The position numbers and the translations under genes were made by a program. Positions 11,756 through 24,096 of a DNA stretch of 64,000 bases are shown here, one piece after another. The stretch covers positions 310,001 to 374,000 of the forward strand of contig JALMLS010000466.1 in NCBI GenBank assembly GCA_038496445.1, in the 5' to 3' direction. The first letter of the stretch is position 1. Every line of letters begins with the position of its first letter. This DNA is from Trichosphaerium sp. ATCC 40318. Taxonomy: Eukaryota > Protista > Tubulinea. Below the pieces are notes generated by a model. That model saw only the letters and a program-made list of their open reading frames with translations, did no database searches and had not been told where the DNA came from.

Positions 11756-14052
11756 TCAATCGTCACCAAGTAACTGGAGCCACTTTTTTCGGCGTTGGTC
11801 CATTTCTTTGGACCCACTACTTGTCAAAGTTTTCTTTACATCACGCCAAGACCCTTTCGTCAGCACGCGGTTTTGTTTCCGCACCGACTGGGCAGCGTTC
11901 ACTACGTTTTCTTCGTGGTTCTCTTCCTCATTATTTGTAGAATCAAAAAAGACTGCATCTTTTGGTGCTTTCCTCGTCTTTTGCTTCTTGGCAGGCTTGA
12001 CCTTCGTGATTTTAACGCCTTTTCTTTTTTTGGTTGTCGGCAGTGTCTTGGTGCCTTTCAACGACAGAGCCTCAGGCTCTGCTAGCGCCCTCCCTTTTCG
12101 TTTTAGAACAGTTTTACGCCAAGACAAGGGATCTTCCTTAGTTTGTTCTCCGACGTCTTGATTTTTAGTATGTGGTGTCTGGATAGCACCTAGTGATTTA
12201 GAGCGCTTCAAAATAGCACCTGTGTTAGAACCACGTGTAATAGCAAGACCAGAAAAGTCATCCGAATGATATTTAACACGTTGTTTTATCCTTCTATTCT
12301 TTTGTGGCATAATGTCTATTTCTCTACTCTCATGGTTGGATGCTTTCTCCTTCTTGCGATGCATGAGCTTTTCGACTACTTTTGGTACTTGAAGTGGAGT
12401 CTGTCTTCCTGTGCGTGATGTGAGTGCAATTTTTTTTTTGCTGAGCTTACTTTGTATTGTGAGAGCATTCAACTCAGTAGCAGCTTCTCTTGAGCAATTA
12501 GTTGTTGGTATAATCCTCCCAGGATTAACAAGTGATACAAAATCCTTTATTTCATTGTAGCTAGAATGAGAGGAATGAAGAACATGCTGTATTATGATCA
12601 GTTTCTTTCAAAAAGATAAAATCACGTGTTTCCGATTGACGTACCCAAACGCCATTGACAATAACTGGTTTCATAGAAGGATGTGGAAGCGGTCCATTTT
12701 GCTTACCAAACCATTGTGTTGATGGCTTTATGAATAAATATTGATCTTGGTCTGCATTTGATGCTAACTTGGATTTTTTCAGGTACTCCAAAATTTTTTC
12801 ATCCTTGAGTTTATAGAGTTCTATGTTTTGCAACGTGAGTTAACAAACAAGGATGACAACTTTACCATTTGGATATTCACCATTGCCTTCCATAATCATT
12901 CCTTCTATTGTTTTAAGTGTTTGCCACTTGCAAATATGAAACCTTGTTGCTGAATTATCAAGTGTGGTTATGGGTGTAAGTTCGGGTACACATGACAATT
13001 GGTTGAACTTTTGTTTGAAAACATGAATCTACGTAATGACTATTAGTGGCGTCAAGTGCACGTGTTGATCTGACCTTTGTATCATAGTTTGCATTTATAC
13101 CTAACAAAATATCCTCATTACCTAGCATACCACACTCAATAATAACATCACCCTTTGGTGCTATTTTTAGGAAATCTTTGATCATACTCAACACTAATTT
13201 GGTTGATTCTTCCTTTTTAATAGCGCAAGTCAGGTTCTTGTATTGTTCAATCAAATAAATCAAGCGCACCTTTGAGCAGAACTCCCAGAAAGGTAGAGCA
13301 AATGTTGTGTCAAGGAGTAGAACATCAACTATTTTACCAATGCTTTTCACGTGACTATCAATTGATGATTTGACTTTGTCTGTGAATCGAAAGTCACCTG
13401 TGTGCAAGTATGTACCAAAGTATCCTTCGAATAGAAACCTTATATATGTGTCAATAGCCTCAGCACATTAATTGACATATAGCTCCGTACATTACGGAAC
13501 CTGGACAATGACAAGCAGGTAATAGAGTTACTGATATCTGACAAAAAACATCAACACTTTGATTGACAAGAATTACTTTGAACGTACTAATGTATCTTCT
13601 GATGTATCTTCTAAGGTTTGTCCATCATCTCTCAATGGTTCTTTCTATGATTTTATAAGCATGCGATGAGATATGATTAGCACAAACCTTATGCTTTGGC
13701 CTGTAAGGTTTCTTCTCGGCCAAGTCGATTTTATGCTCTATGCCAAGTTCTAGTGCGTGCTATACAACGTTTTAGTCACGTGCCATCGTTGGGTGTCGTA
13801 CTAAGCATCTTGGATTTAATCTGGGAAACTGTTGTAGCGCCAAAATCTTGGTTGTTTTCGAACAGTAAATTCTTCCTTTAAAATCATTCGATAAGCCTTC
13901 ATAGTGATCTATTGAACTTCGTTAGGTATATTTTAGCGGCTACAAGCACCTGAGTGGAAATGGGTAAGGAAGAAAACGGTTATCGCTTTGTTTGGCAAGA
14001 AATTGTCTACAGCGATTGGTGTAAACGGCAATTGCCCAGAAAACGCCTTCAT
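11756..14052 (-). CDS. SNM1/Apollo/Artemis-family (DCLRE1) metallo-beta-lactamase/beta-CASP nuclease with basic C-terminal tail
   Basis: MKAFSGQLPFTPIAVDNF...FFLTHFHS|DH; HCPGS; HTGDFRF; LLLDTTF; IKPSTQWF. Confidence 0.9.
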
Positions 14053-14229
14053 AGTGTTTACTCATCTATTAAGACTACAGCAATTCGAAACTATCGCTGT
14101 CAGCTAATCAGCGTTGCTCAGTGCTATGGTGACGTTTTCTACGCTTAATGAAATGCTATTTCTTCGATTCTAAAGTGTTTTATTGACTTTTTTAGAAATT
14201 TGACACAGCTTGATTTTACATTTAACTAG

Positions 14230-17200
14230 ATGCGCGGTCGTACTTGTGCGCTCGTTGCTTTATTATTAGCCGTCGTTTTGTGTCAGGTGCGTAGACAATA
14301 TAATTGTTATTGCTAATTGTGGGTCTGTAGGCTTCTGAGTGGGAAGATAAGTTTATTGACATACCCACAGCCGCGAATGCGCGTTCTCACCTAAAAAATA
14401 TTACATCTGAGCCTCACATGGCCGGTACATATTATCATGACTCTTTTAGCGTGTAGCTAAGCGCAAATAGGTAACGCCCGATCACAAAGAGTAATAGATT
14501 ACATACACACAATGGTACGTACAAAAACCACGCCAAATGCTTACACAGCGTAAGTTTTCGCGTTATCTTGATGTTGTTGAGACTCAAACATTTCCTGCTC
14601 TTGTTTCATACCCAATTACAAGATCAGTGAGTCTAGTAGCGCCAATACAGTACGTCATAAATTTTCCATGTGCTTTTCTAAGTCAGATGTCGGATGTCAT
14701 TTTAGTTAATTTTTTTTTTTATTGTAAAGGTTTGACGCTGAAATGAAAGAAGCATATGTACCTGAAGACCCAACATCAAATGATACAAACTCGGTAGAAA
14801 CTTTCCTCGGTTATTCTGCTTCCACCAACGGTTCCCTTACTGCTGGTCTAGTACGTCACATAACAATAAGATGAAACAATTATTCATTTTGTTATTTGTT
14901 AGGTTTATGTAAATTATGGAAGGGTCGAAGATTTTGACACTTTAGCAAACTTAGGTAAAAATGAGAAGTTTTTTTGAGAAAATTATTTTGAATTCACGAC
15001 ACACGCCTCTCTTGGTAGTAGTGCTCTCCATGTTTCGCTAACTTTTATTAAAGGTATCAATATTACTGGTAAGATACTGATAGCTCGATATGGAGAGATT
15101 TTTAGAGGCGCTAAAGTGTACAACTGCGAAGAGAGGGTCAGTCTTTTGTTATTTTTATTTTTTATTGGTTCAATGCGTTTTACTGACTTGCTCATTTGAA
15201 GGGCTGTGCTGGTATGTTAATTTACTCTGACCCTCAACAAGATGGCTTCGTTAAAGGTGCCGTATATCCTAACGGTCCATGGAGGCCTGAGACAGGTGTT
15301 CAACGTGGTAGTGTACAATACTCAATGTTGTGTCCGGGTAAGTCCAATCACGTGATTTCGCATCAGGTTCTAAATTTATCACATCAAGGTGATCCATCTT
15401 CGAGGCGCTCAAAAACATGTTTTAACGAGCTAGATGAAACAGCTCTTACAACTATTCCTGCACTCCCATTGAGGTACATAATTATCAGCATGTGATATCA
15501 ATAACACAAACAAATAGTTGGGGAGATGCAAAGGTCTTACTAGGTACTAAATCAATTGCTAAATCAAAATCTTGCACAATTGTAGCTAACTTTTTTCTTC
15601 AAGAAAATATTGGTGGTGCTGACGCACCAGATGATTGGGTTGGTGGTATTGACATACCATACAAGCTTGGCGGTAATGATTCTAATGCTCAAGTCACTAT
15701 GAACGTTGAAATGCTGTTTGAAGACCGCAATCTGTATCCTATGAAACTTGTATTTTTTTAACCATACTCCTGCTTTACCTTGACTAAGTTATTAAAGAAC
15801 CAACATATGTGGTAGAATTAATGGTACTGGAGAATATCAAGGTAAAGTATACATGGGCAACCACCACGGTACGTAATAATTGTAGACTAAATTAATCGCT
15901 CTTTTTCTGATAAAAACGTCCAGATGCGTGGGTTTTTGGTGCCGTGGATCCTTCTTCTGGTACTTCAACAATGCTTGAACTTGCTAGATCCCTTGGAGAA
16001 TTAAAAAAGCAAGGCTGGAAACCGAAAAGAGTGCGACAAGCCTTTGCTTTTTTTTCCTAAAGGTATACAAAAGGAAATAGTGCTCTGTGCTTGGGATGGT
16101 GAAGAGCCCGGTCTAATTGGTTCTACACACTATGGAGAAACTTTTGCAGAGCAATTACAAAAAGAGGCGCTTGTGTACCTCAACGTAGATTCGTAAGCAG
16201 TACTTTTTCATGCCTACGCTTTTACATATTTTTTCCTTCGTTCTATCACTATACTATACTAAACAGACAATTTAGTTCCGTTGCAGGATCTTTAAATGCT
16301 ACGTTTCTTGTAGAGGCTAGTGGATCAATGGCAGGTAACGATAGAACACATATAATAAGTGATAAGGTAGTGACGTTGCCTTTTATTTAGCTGTGCTCCA
16401 AGAAGCGTCCAAACAAGTGCCACATCCAACAAAAGAAAACACTACAGTTTATGACACGTGGACTAATCCTACGCCGTATCCCATCGGTGCTGGTTCAGGT
16501 ACAGCCTATTAAGGTGTTTCTACTTCTTCCACTCACATCTTGGTAGATTATGTTGTTTTTATTGATAGATTGGGTATTCCTTCTTCTTCGATGGGTTGGT
16601 CTGGTTCTTATGGTGTGTATCACTCTATCTATGATAGTTTCTATTGGATGGAGAACTATGGAGATTTTGAGTACTTCAAAGCCTGTACTCAAGTCTGGGG
16701 TCTCGCTGCAATCAAGTATGAACAATATACCACAAATGTACAATTTGTTAACCTCATGCTTTTTTGTAGATTTGCTGATACACCTGTTGTACCTTATGAC
16801 TGGGACTCATATGTCAAAGAGTTAGAGGTATACTGAAAGATTTGCCTAGCTGTACGATGAAATGGAAGCTAACACCCTTTTTAACGCAGCAATACCACAA
16901 AGAGGCTTCTGCTGAGTGGAAAACTGCATTTTTAGATGATGATTCCGAAAAACTCAGTGACATTGAGTCAGCTATAGATAGGTATGCTGCCAACACCAAT
17001 TTATATTTTATGCTCTATTTTGTCTACTTCCATGGCCGCTTTAAGACGACAGGGAGAAATTCAATGTCGAGTTTGAACTGAAAGCTCTTAAATAAGAAGT
17101 AACGACCAAATTTGTATAATGACGTTATATTTTTTTCTGTAGGTTTTCTATTGCTGCTTCAAAAGTTAAAGAGCAAATACAACAAGGTAACTTTGCTGAA

Positions 17201-18018
17201 GACAAGGAAAAGTTAACTGAACTAAATACCCGCCAAATACAAACTGAAAGGGAGTTTTTATATGCAGATGGCTTACCTATGCGTCCTTGGTAAGTGTTGA
17301 TGAGATTTCGTCGGTTTTTTGTGGTTTTTTTTGTTCTTATTTAGATTTCTCGTTATGTAGGTTTAGACATGTCTTGCTTGCACCTGGGATGTACGATGGA
17401 TATGGATCTCAAACGTTCCCAGGTCATCTCCCGCGTGATAGTTTCTTTTACTCAAGTCGTTGACTTTTTTTTTGTTTAATTAGGTTTATCGTATGCTATA
17501 CAAAAGGGTGATAAGTCTCTAGCGGAAAATCAGGCTGAAATAATACGACAAAGGTAAAAAAAAGGAGTTTGAAAATTCTTTTTGGGTTTTTTGGGATTTT
17601 TTCGGTTGTTGTTGCCCTCTTCCCAAAATTTACTTGGTTTTATTAAAATAAGCTTGTGTGACGTAGTACAAGCTCGTAGAAACTAAATGTCCAAATCAAG
17701 ACGTTTTGAAAATAAATACGGTTTTTTCTAACAATCCTTCTAAGGATTCGTGCTGCTGGTAATAGGTTACAAGGAAGTACGTTATTAAATAGCTTGTCGT
17801 ATATTTAAAATGTCACAAGCTTGTGTTTAAACATATAATTTTTTTGTTCTTTTTTTTTTTTTTGTGACTCACATTTTTTCGTTTATATAGTTGAGAAAAG
17901 CCCTGTACCTGTTGTACTAGGTATATGTATTGGTATTCTGCTACTCCTAATCCTAGTTGGCATTGTAATTCACTATTTCTACCAAAAACGCTCACGCAAC
18001 TACGAGAGCGTAGAATAG
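14230..18018 (+). CDS. Glutamate carboxypeptidase II-like M28B peptidase (signal peptide, PA domain, TfR-dimer domain, C-terminal TM)
   Basis: [63 protein letters not shown]; last exon encodes a TM helix plus [10 protein letters not shown]. Confidence 0.9.
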
Positions 18019-18168
18019 AAGGGTCTCTTGTACACATAAAGAAAAGTGTAATAAACTCCGGTTTCGCATACTAAAAACAATCAAAATCGTGTATTTTCTG
18101 GTTTAACAGCCGGAGTTATGATAATAATATAGTACCGAAGGGGCGTCATCGCGGTTTAGGTATGTTCT

Positions 18169-20180
18169 ATGACAATGCAAGCGCGTAAGAAGCTTTATTG
18201 GCATAACTCTGCTGATGGACCAGTAAGTGTGGAGGACACACCTGTTTCTTATTCGGTGGTCATTTCTACCCTGTTTCAGGCACCTACATCCATTCCGTTT
18301 TACGCTGGGCTTTTTAAAAAGCTACATGGCCTTTCAAACAGGATAGACAAGGGCCAAAACAAGTTTTTACGCCGTAAAATGATATGGCATACATTATATG
18401 GGTTTTTTGGCGCACCAAAAGAAAGCTTGGCTTCCTTTACAACAATCTTGGAAACATGGATAGAAGGAGAAAAACTAAGCCTCGTAGCATTAGAAATGTT
18501 ATACTTGGCATTTGTATTGACTATCATCAAGTACCCTAGACTGTTTAAAGACGAGAATGACAAGGAGCAACAATCATTACAACAATTATTAGAGCCATTG
18601 GGAGTAACATCTAGTTTCAATTTAACAAAGGACGTACACGAGAAAGCTGCGTTTTTATTTCGCTCCCACGTACAAGTACCAGGGCGTAAGCAATACTTAC
18701 TACGATCATTTGGACTTATGGAAGAAATGGCTCAACAGCAAACAGGCCGTCTTTACAATGGACTTGAAGTACACGCATCAACGCTCATTAGACCATTACC
18801 TACGCATTCCCGCGTAATACAACATCTACAAGCGGTAAATAACCCCTCCTCCCCTTCAAAAACAAAACCCGTTGGGGAGACTATTTTTGCTAAAGAGTCT
18901 AAATTAGTGATGATATTATTTATAATTATTCTGAATCACTGCCTTTTTTTACCGTTTTGCTTTTTTGTCTCTAGAACTTGCTTCGTGTTAGCAATTTTTA
19001 GCTTTTTCTTTGTTAATGATGTTTTCTATCTTATACTGACGTACTTTTTGTTAGTTGCATAGCTCAGTGGCAATGTTAGAAGGATTACCTCGGAAATTGA
19101 AGGAACTCATTTGGCGCCTTTGTAAAATAACACCCGGATTTGAACAAAAGCCAGACTTTAGATCTACTCTTGGTCAATGGTCTCGTGCACCTGTTAAGCA
19201 TAGTACAAATATTTGTTCTCTACTTGGAGCGATTTTATTCCTTAAATGCGAGGGCATCCTAAAGGTATTACCTTAGCGTTAGGTTTACTTTTTTTATTTT
19301 TTCTTTTGTTTTTTTGACAAGAAAAATCAAAGAAGGACAAAATCTCGAAACCCTTCGTTACTTTTTTATTTTTTAATTCATGTCCTAAATTGGTATTGTA
19401 CCATTCAATTTTTGGATGTTGCCAAAAAAAGTTTTGGGTAGCGTTCTATGGAAGAGAGCTGGGATTTTTTGATTCACATTAAAAAATAAAAACAAAAAAA
19501 AAATGAGTCAAATTGTTACTTTACCTCTTTTGTTATTTTTTTTCCTTTATTTCGGTTCTGTTTTTACTGACTGTATGTGTTTTTTAGGGTATAGACCTTG
19601 GTCTTGGTATACGCGCTGATAAAACAGCAAATGCCCTAGTACATGCTTTAGAGTCACAATCAGATTATTTGCAAGGTCCAATACAAACAAATTATAAAAC
19701 ATATGATAAGGTGTACGCGTCTGCACCAAGGTTTCGCCATTCGCCAGTGGAGGAAGAGGTAAAAAAAAGATTTTGATAAAACAGAAACCAACAATGAAAA
19801 GATCTCTTCATTTTCTCTCTAAAGCGAGATTTTTTTTAACCTTTTTGATACTTCTTGGTTTATAGTGAAGCTATTTGTACCTATTTTTTTTTAATTTTAT
19901 TTTATTTTGACTTGTTGTGTTACAGGCAAGCGAGTGGCAACTTAATAATAGTGACACACTTAATCAAGACAAAGAAAATGAAAAAAATACTGAAGCCTCG
20001 ATTTTTGACTGTTTTGCGCCCCTCACGCAAGCTCACCGCCTCACATTTTCTCGTTCAAGAAGGACAATGCGTCCAAGTTTTATTGGCTTACAGAGCATAC
20101 CTTCTGTATTTGATACGCATTTACATATACCAGAGACTGCAAAGAGAAGAAAAATGTCGTTGTCCAATTTTGTTGTGTAG
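18169..20180 (+). CDS. Uncharacterised protein, multi-exon
   Basis: Long ORF from 18169 plus exons near 19055, 19588 and 19926 separated by poly-T introns; ends MSLSNFVV*. Confidence 0.6.
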
Positions 20181-20397
20181 TGAAACAACAAAAAAAAAAC
20201 GAAACAGAGAAAAAAAAAACACAAACAAGGGGGCATTGTGCACTTTACATCCAAGTTTTGTAAATAAATTTTCAAGTGCGCATATGAAAGTCTTTACTGT
20301 GTTTAGGTGCTGATTCCATAAAGAGTTTTGTACTTGTACAAAACTGCAATCAACTCGTAGACCCAAAAAAAAACTTGATAAAGTGAGGTTTTTTATT

Positions 20398-22893
20398 TTA
20401 CATGTAGCAATCAGACAATGCCTTGTCGAGCATATTTGTCGCAAAAGTATGCTCTGGTTCTAAGCTTAGAGCTTCGTGGTAATAATCTAGAGCACGTTCT
20501 ATTTGTCCAAGCAAGTGACTTGTAAAACCTATGGAAAGTTTGAAAAACAAAGATAAAACTAGATTTTTTTTTTGAAATTATTACTGAGGCCTCATACCTA
20601 AGCATGCGTATGTACTAGCATTCTGTGTATTCAAATTTCTACATATTTCGTAATGATCCATAGCCTTTTTCAAGAGCCTTATTGTCAAAGGGTTTAGAAG
20701 GATGCAAAGAAAGATGAAAAAAGAAAAAAAGCAAGTTACACAAAAAAAATAATGCATACCCAAGTTTGCGATAACAGTGCCCAAGATTAAATAGCAAAGG
20801 TTCCCATGTGTCATCAGTAATATTACCACAGTGTGATAATCCTTCTTCAAATACTTTCTTGGCCATATCGAACTTATTATCCTTGTAATAAATAACACCT
20901 AAAAAGTAGTAAGTAAGAAGTATCTCCGTTTTTTTTCTATGAAGTATCCTTTCTTTCACGCTCATCTAACTCGTTATCCCGCATACCGTTGTTGTGCAAT
21001 GCATTATACGAATTTTTTTGATGAGCGTGAGAAAGTATCTACTTTAAAGGCTATGGAGCGTCCTTTTAAACAGCGGACGGAAAGAAGAGCTAACGGAGGC
21101 ATACCAAGTTCGTTGTATACTAGTGGATCAACAGGACATATATCCTTTGCCTTACATGCAAATTGCTCAGCAAGGGGTATATTATTTGCACGCAGAAGCT
21201 CTACGCTAAGACAAAGAGGTGGTAGGTGACAACTAAGGAGATGGATTAAAACAATCAAAACTAAGAAAAAAGTTGCAAATGCATTTACCCTTTTAGTAGT
21301 CTATTTGCTGTACGATAAGTAGCGAGAGCTTGATCATTTTCTCCTTCCATAGCAAATGAATGACCGAAAGCAAGCCAACCTGGTCCAAAATGTCTATCCA
21401 TGACTGTACTCTTACTACAACACCATCAGTAAAATGCCACTCGAGCATAATAAATTTCCCAAAAATTACAACAGATCTTGTTACCTAAAATAGCGTCTTG
21501 CTTTTTCCCAATCCTTAATCAAATAATAGTAGCAGCCTACAGCGTACCTGAATGCGTAAGAAATAAGTCAATAAGGCATACTAAAGGTGTATAGTGACGT
21601 AAAAAAAATAAAGACTTACCAAGCAGTAGTAGAATTATGATCTTCAACAAGACGATGTGCAACGAGATATAACTCAGGCTTTAGTCCTAATTCTACCATT
21701 GAAGAAATGTAAACTAGTAATACACTTCCTTTATTATTATAAGGATCACGTGTAACCGCACTAAAAATCACGTGTCAGTAAACAATAAAGTTTCCAAAAA
21801 AAAATCCAGAAAAAAAAAGTCTAAAAAAAGCTCTGCTTACTCCTTTGCCATTGTATAAGCTTCTCGAAACTTGTTTTTATAAAATAGTGATTCTGCTTTA
21901 CTAGCTATAATATCATAGTCATCTGTTAATGGGTATTTATCAATAGCAGAAAAGTCTTCTTTGACAGACACAGAGAGGTTGAACTAAACAGGAAATTAGT
22001 TAATTAAAAAGTGACAAATCTATCAGTATTTGAAAAGAGCACGTGCTTTTTTGATTTTACAGCGGTACAACTCCTGTAGCCATGAAGTTGATTCATCAAA
22101 TGTAAGTGACTTTAAAAGCTTTTCTTCTTCGTCCACGCTTAGCATATGACCGTCTACAAGACGTTCAAAGGCCTGTGCAAAATGTAAGTCATTTTTTTCA
22201 AAAAATGTTTAAAATAGGTTTTGATTTTACCTCGTAGCACTGAACATCTATTTGAATGGCTTTCTGGTAGCATTGAGCTGCTTGTGATCGGTTTTCTAGA
22301 GACTCATATGCCCTTCCACGCAAATACGATAAAACAGCCGTAATCTGTTACTAAATTAATATTTACGCCTTGTATAGCGCTATTCGTGCGTTTATAGGCT
22401 GTTTATCGTCGAGTTCCATGTTGTCTGATGTATCTGCGATTATGTCATTTTCATGGCTTGATCCTAGTAGTTCTAGACAGTCCTCCCATTCGCATAGTTC
22501 AGCCTTTGCTTATGTCAAACATTTATTTAAAAATTATGTATTGTATTGCTGAGTTGCTCCTAGCGTTAAGGATATGCTATTTACAAGTAATATGGCGTAC
22601 TTTACATTTTGCCGCCAAGTGGCGGCAATTCAAAGAGGATTGTATCAAGTCAGACTTTTCCAGCAAGTGTATAACTCTACTGTACTGTTTGGCGTGAAAA
22701 TACGTTTGAGCAAGCAGGTACACATCAAGTGAAGGTTCTATTTATTAGTAATCAATACCCACGCTCATAGATACCTATACGCACCTTTTGACAGCGCAAC
22801 TAGCTTGTGTGCAAAAAATTGGGCTGTGTCGTACATATGCTTGCGTAAAGCATCTTCCACAAGCTCACGCAATTTGTTTGGATTGCTTTGCAT
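20398..22893 (-). CDS. CDC16: Anaphase-promoting complex subunit 6 (Cdc16)
   Basis: LRELVEDALRKHMYDTAQFFAHKL; LRGRAYESLENR; WYAVGCYYYLI; FGPGWLAFGHSFAMEGENDQA; WEPLLFNLGHCYRKL. Confidence 0.95.
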
Positions 22894-22968
22894 GGAGTTA
22901 CACTATTGACACTTCGTTGATTTTTGAGGACTTCGAATTTCAACGCTGTAAAACCGTTCTCTCACGCT

Positions 22969-24054
22969 ATGGCAGACCTTGAAGATGATCCAAGTCCTAG
23001 TTTTCAGTTCAACCCGTCTCCACCTGAGAGAATCGTACAAGCTATGGAAATATAGTAATTTAACGCTCTTAGGTATTTGTACTGGATGTTAATGATGAAA
23101 TGAACGGTTTAGAGCTTAGTAAGTACGTATAAACGAAAATTACCTCATACAAAGTTAACACCTTTTGTAGAAAGACCAAAACCAAATTCACGCGATGGGA
23201 AAGCGTTGTCAGGGCACTACATGTATTTATAAATTTAAAGTTGCGTATGGACATGAAACATCAGTTCGCTATAATGCTACTAAGTGATAAAGCCGGTTGG
23301 GTACATAAAAGCCGTTAACAGACCAAATATAGCAAACTGACTTGATAAAAAGCACCTTGATTTCACGTCTGATCGTACCAAGATTATATCTAGCCTAAAA
23401 CGAGTCAAAATACAAAAAACATACGAGACATGTGACTTTGACGCTGTATTTAATTTAATGTGCGTCAATCTACAGCCTTTTGACTTAAACGATCCTTACA
23501 CGTAAGATAGAGACGAAAAATGCAAGCTTTCTCAACAATCAAAAGAACCTGGCTTACCAGCTTGTACTTATAGAGCAATATTGGTGTATGGACGTTCTAA
23601 TATCACACCAACATATTCTGATAAAGTAAGTATTGTAATCAAAGCAACAGCAAAGTAGAATTTCTGTTGATACAAAAATAGACAATATTAAAAAAAAATT
23701 TACTGTTTAGGTAAGAGATGAAATTACCGGAAAACCGAACTTTGTTATCGATGTACTATACTTAAGTAAGAAGCCAGACACTAAAAAAAAGGAGACTTTA
23801 CAGGTACATTAAATAGTATCCTCTTAGAGAGGAAGGAATTCTGTAAAAAAAGTAACTGACAAAGATTGTAGCTCATTTTTGATACTTTGAATGATTGTTG
23901 TACAGATGAGTCTTACGTGTTTTCTCATTCTATAGACTTTCAAAAGTTCTTTACAAGTTTTGCAATGCTTACAGCACATCCTATGCAAAGACCTCCACAA
24001 GAAGAATTCAAAGTAAAAGATATACCAGACAAGAAAAAAAAGCTATTTTCGTAA
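22969..24054 (+). CDS. BABAM1: BRISC/BRCA1-A subunit BABAM1 (MERIT40), VWA-like
   Basis: PERI|VFVLDVNDEM; FINLKLRMDMKHQFAIMLL; YRAILVYGRS; IDVLYL; C-terminal LTAHPMQRPPQ. Confidence 0.85.
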
Positions 24055-24096
24055 ATGAAAAAAAAAAAGTTAATGTGACACGTGTCAAGTTTTGTT

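Noticed and set aside
6980-24054. Apparent cluster of genome-maintenance genes (NSE2, DCLRE1, APC6, BABAM1)
   Set aside because: Interspersed with unrelated genes; no shared motif seen; compatible with chance.
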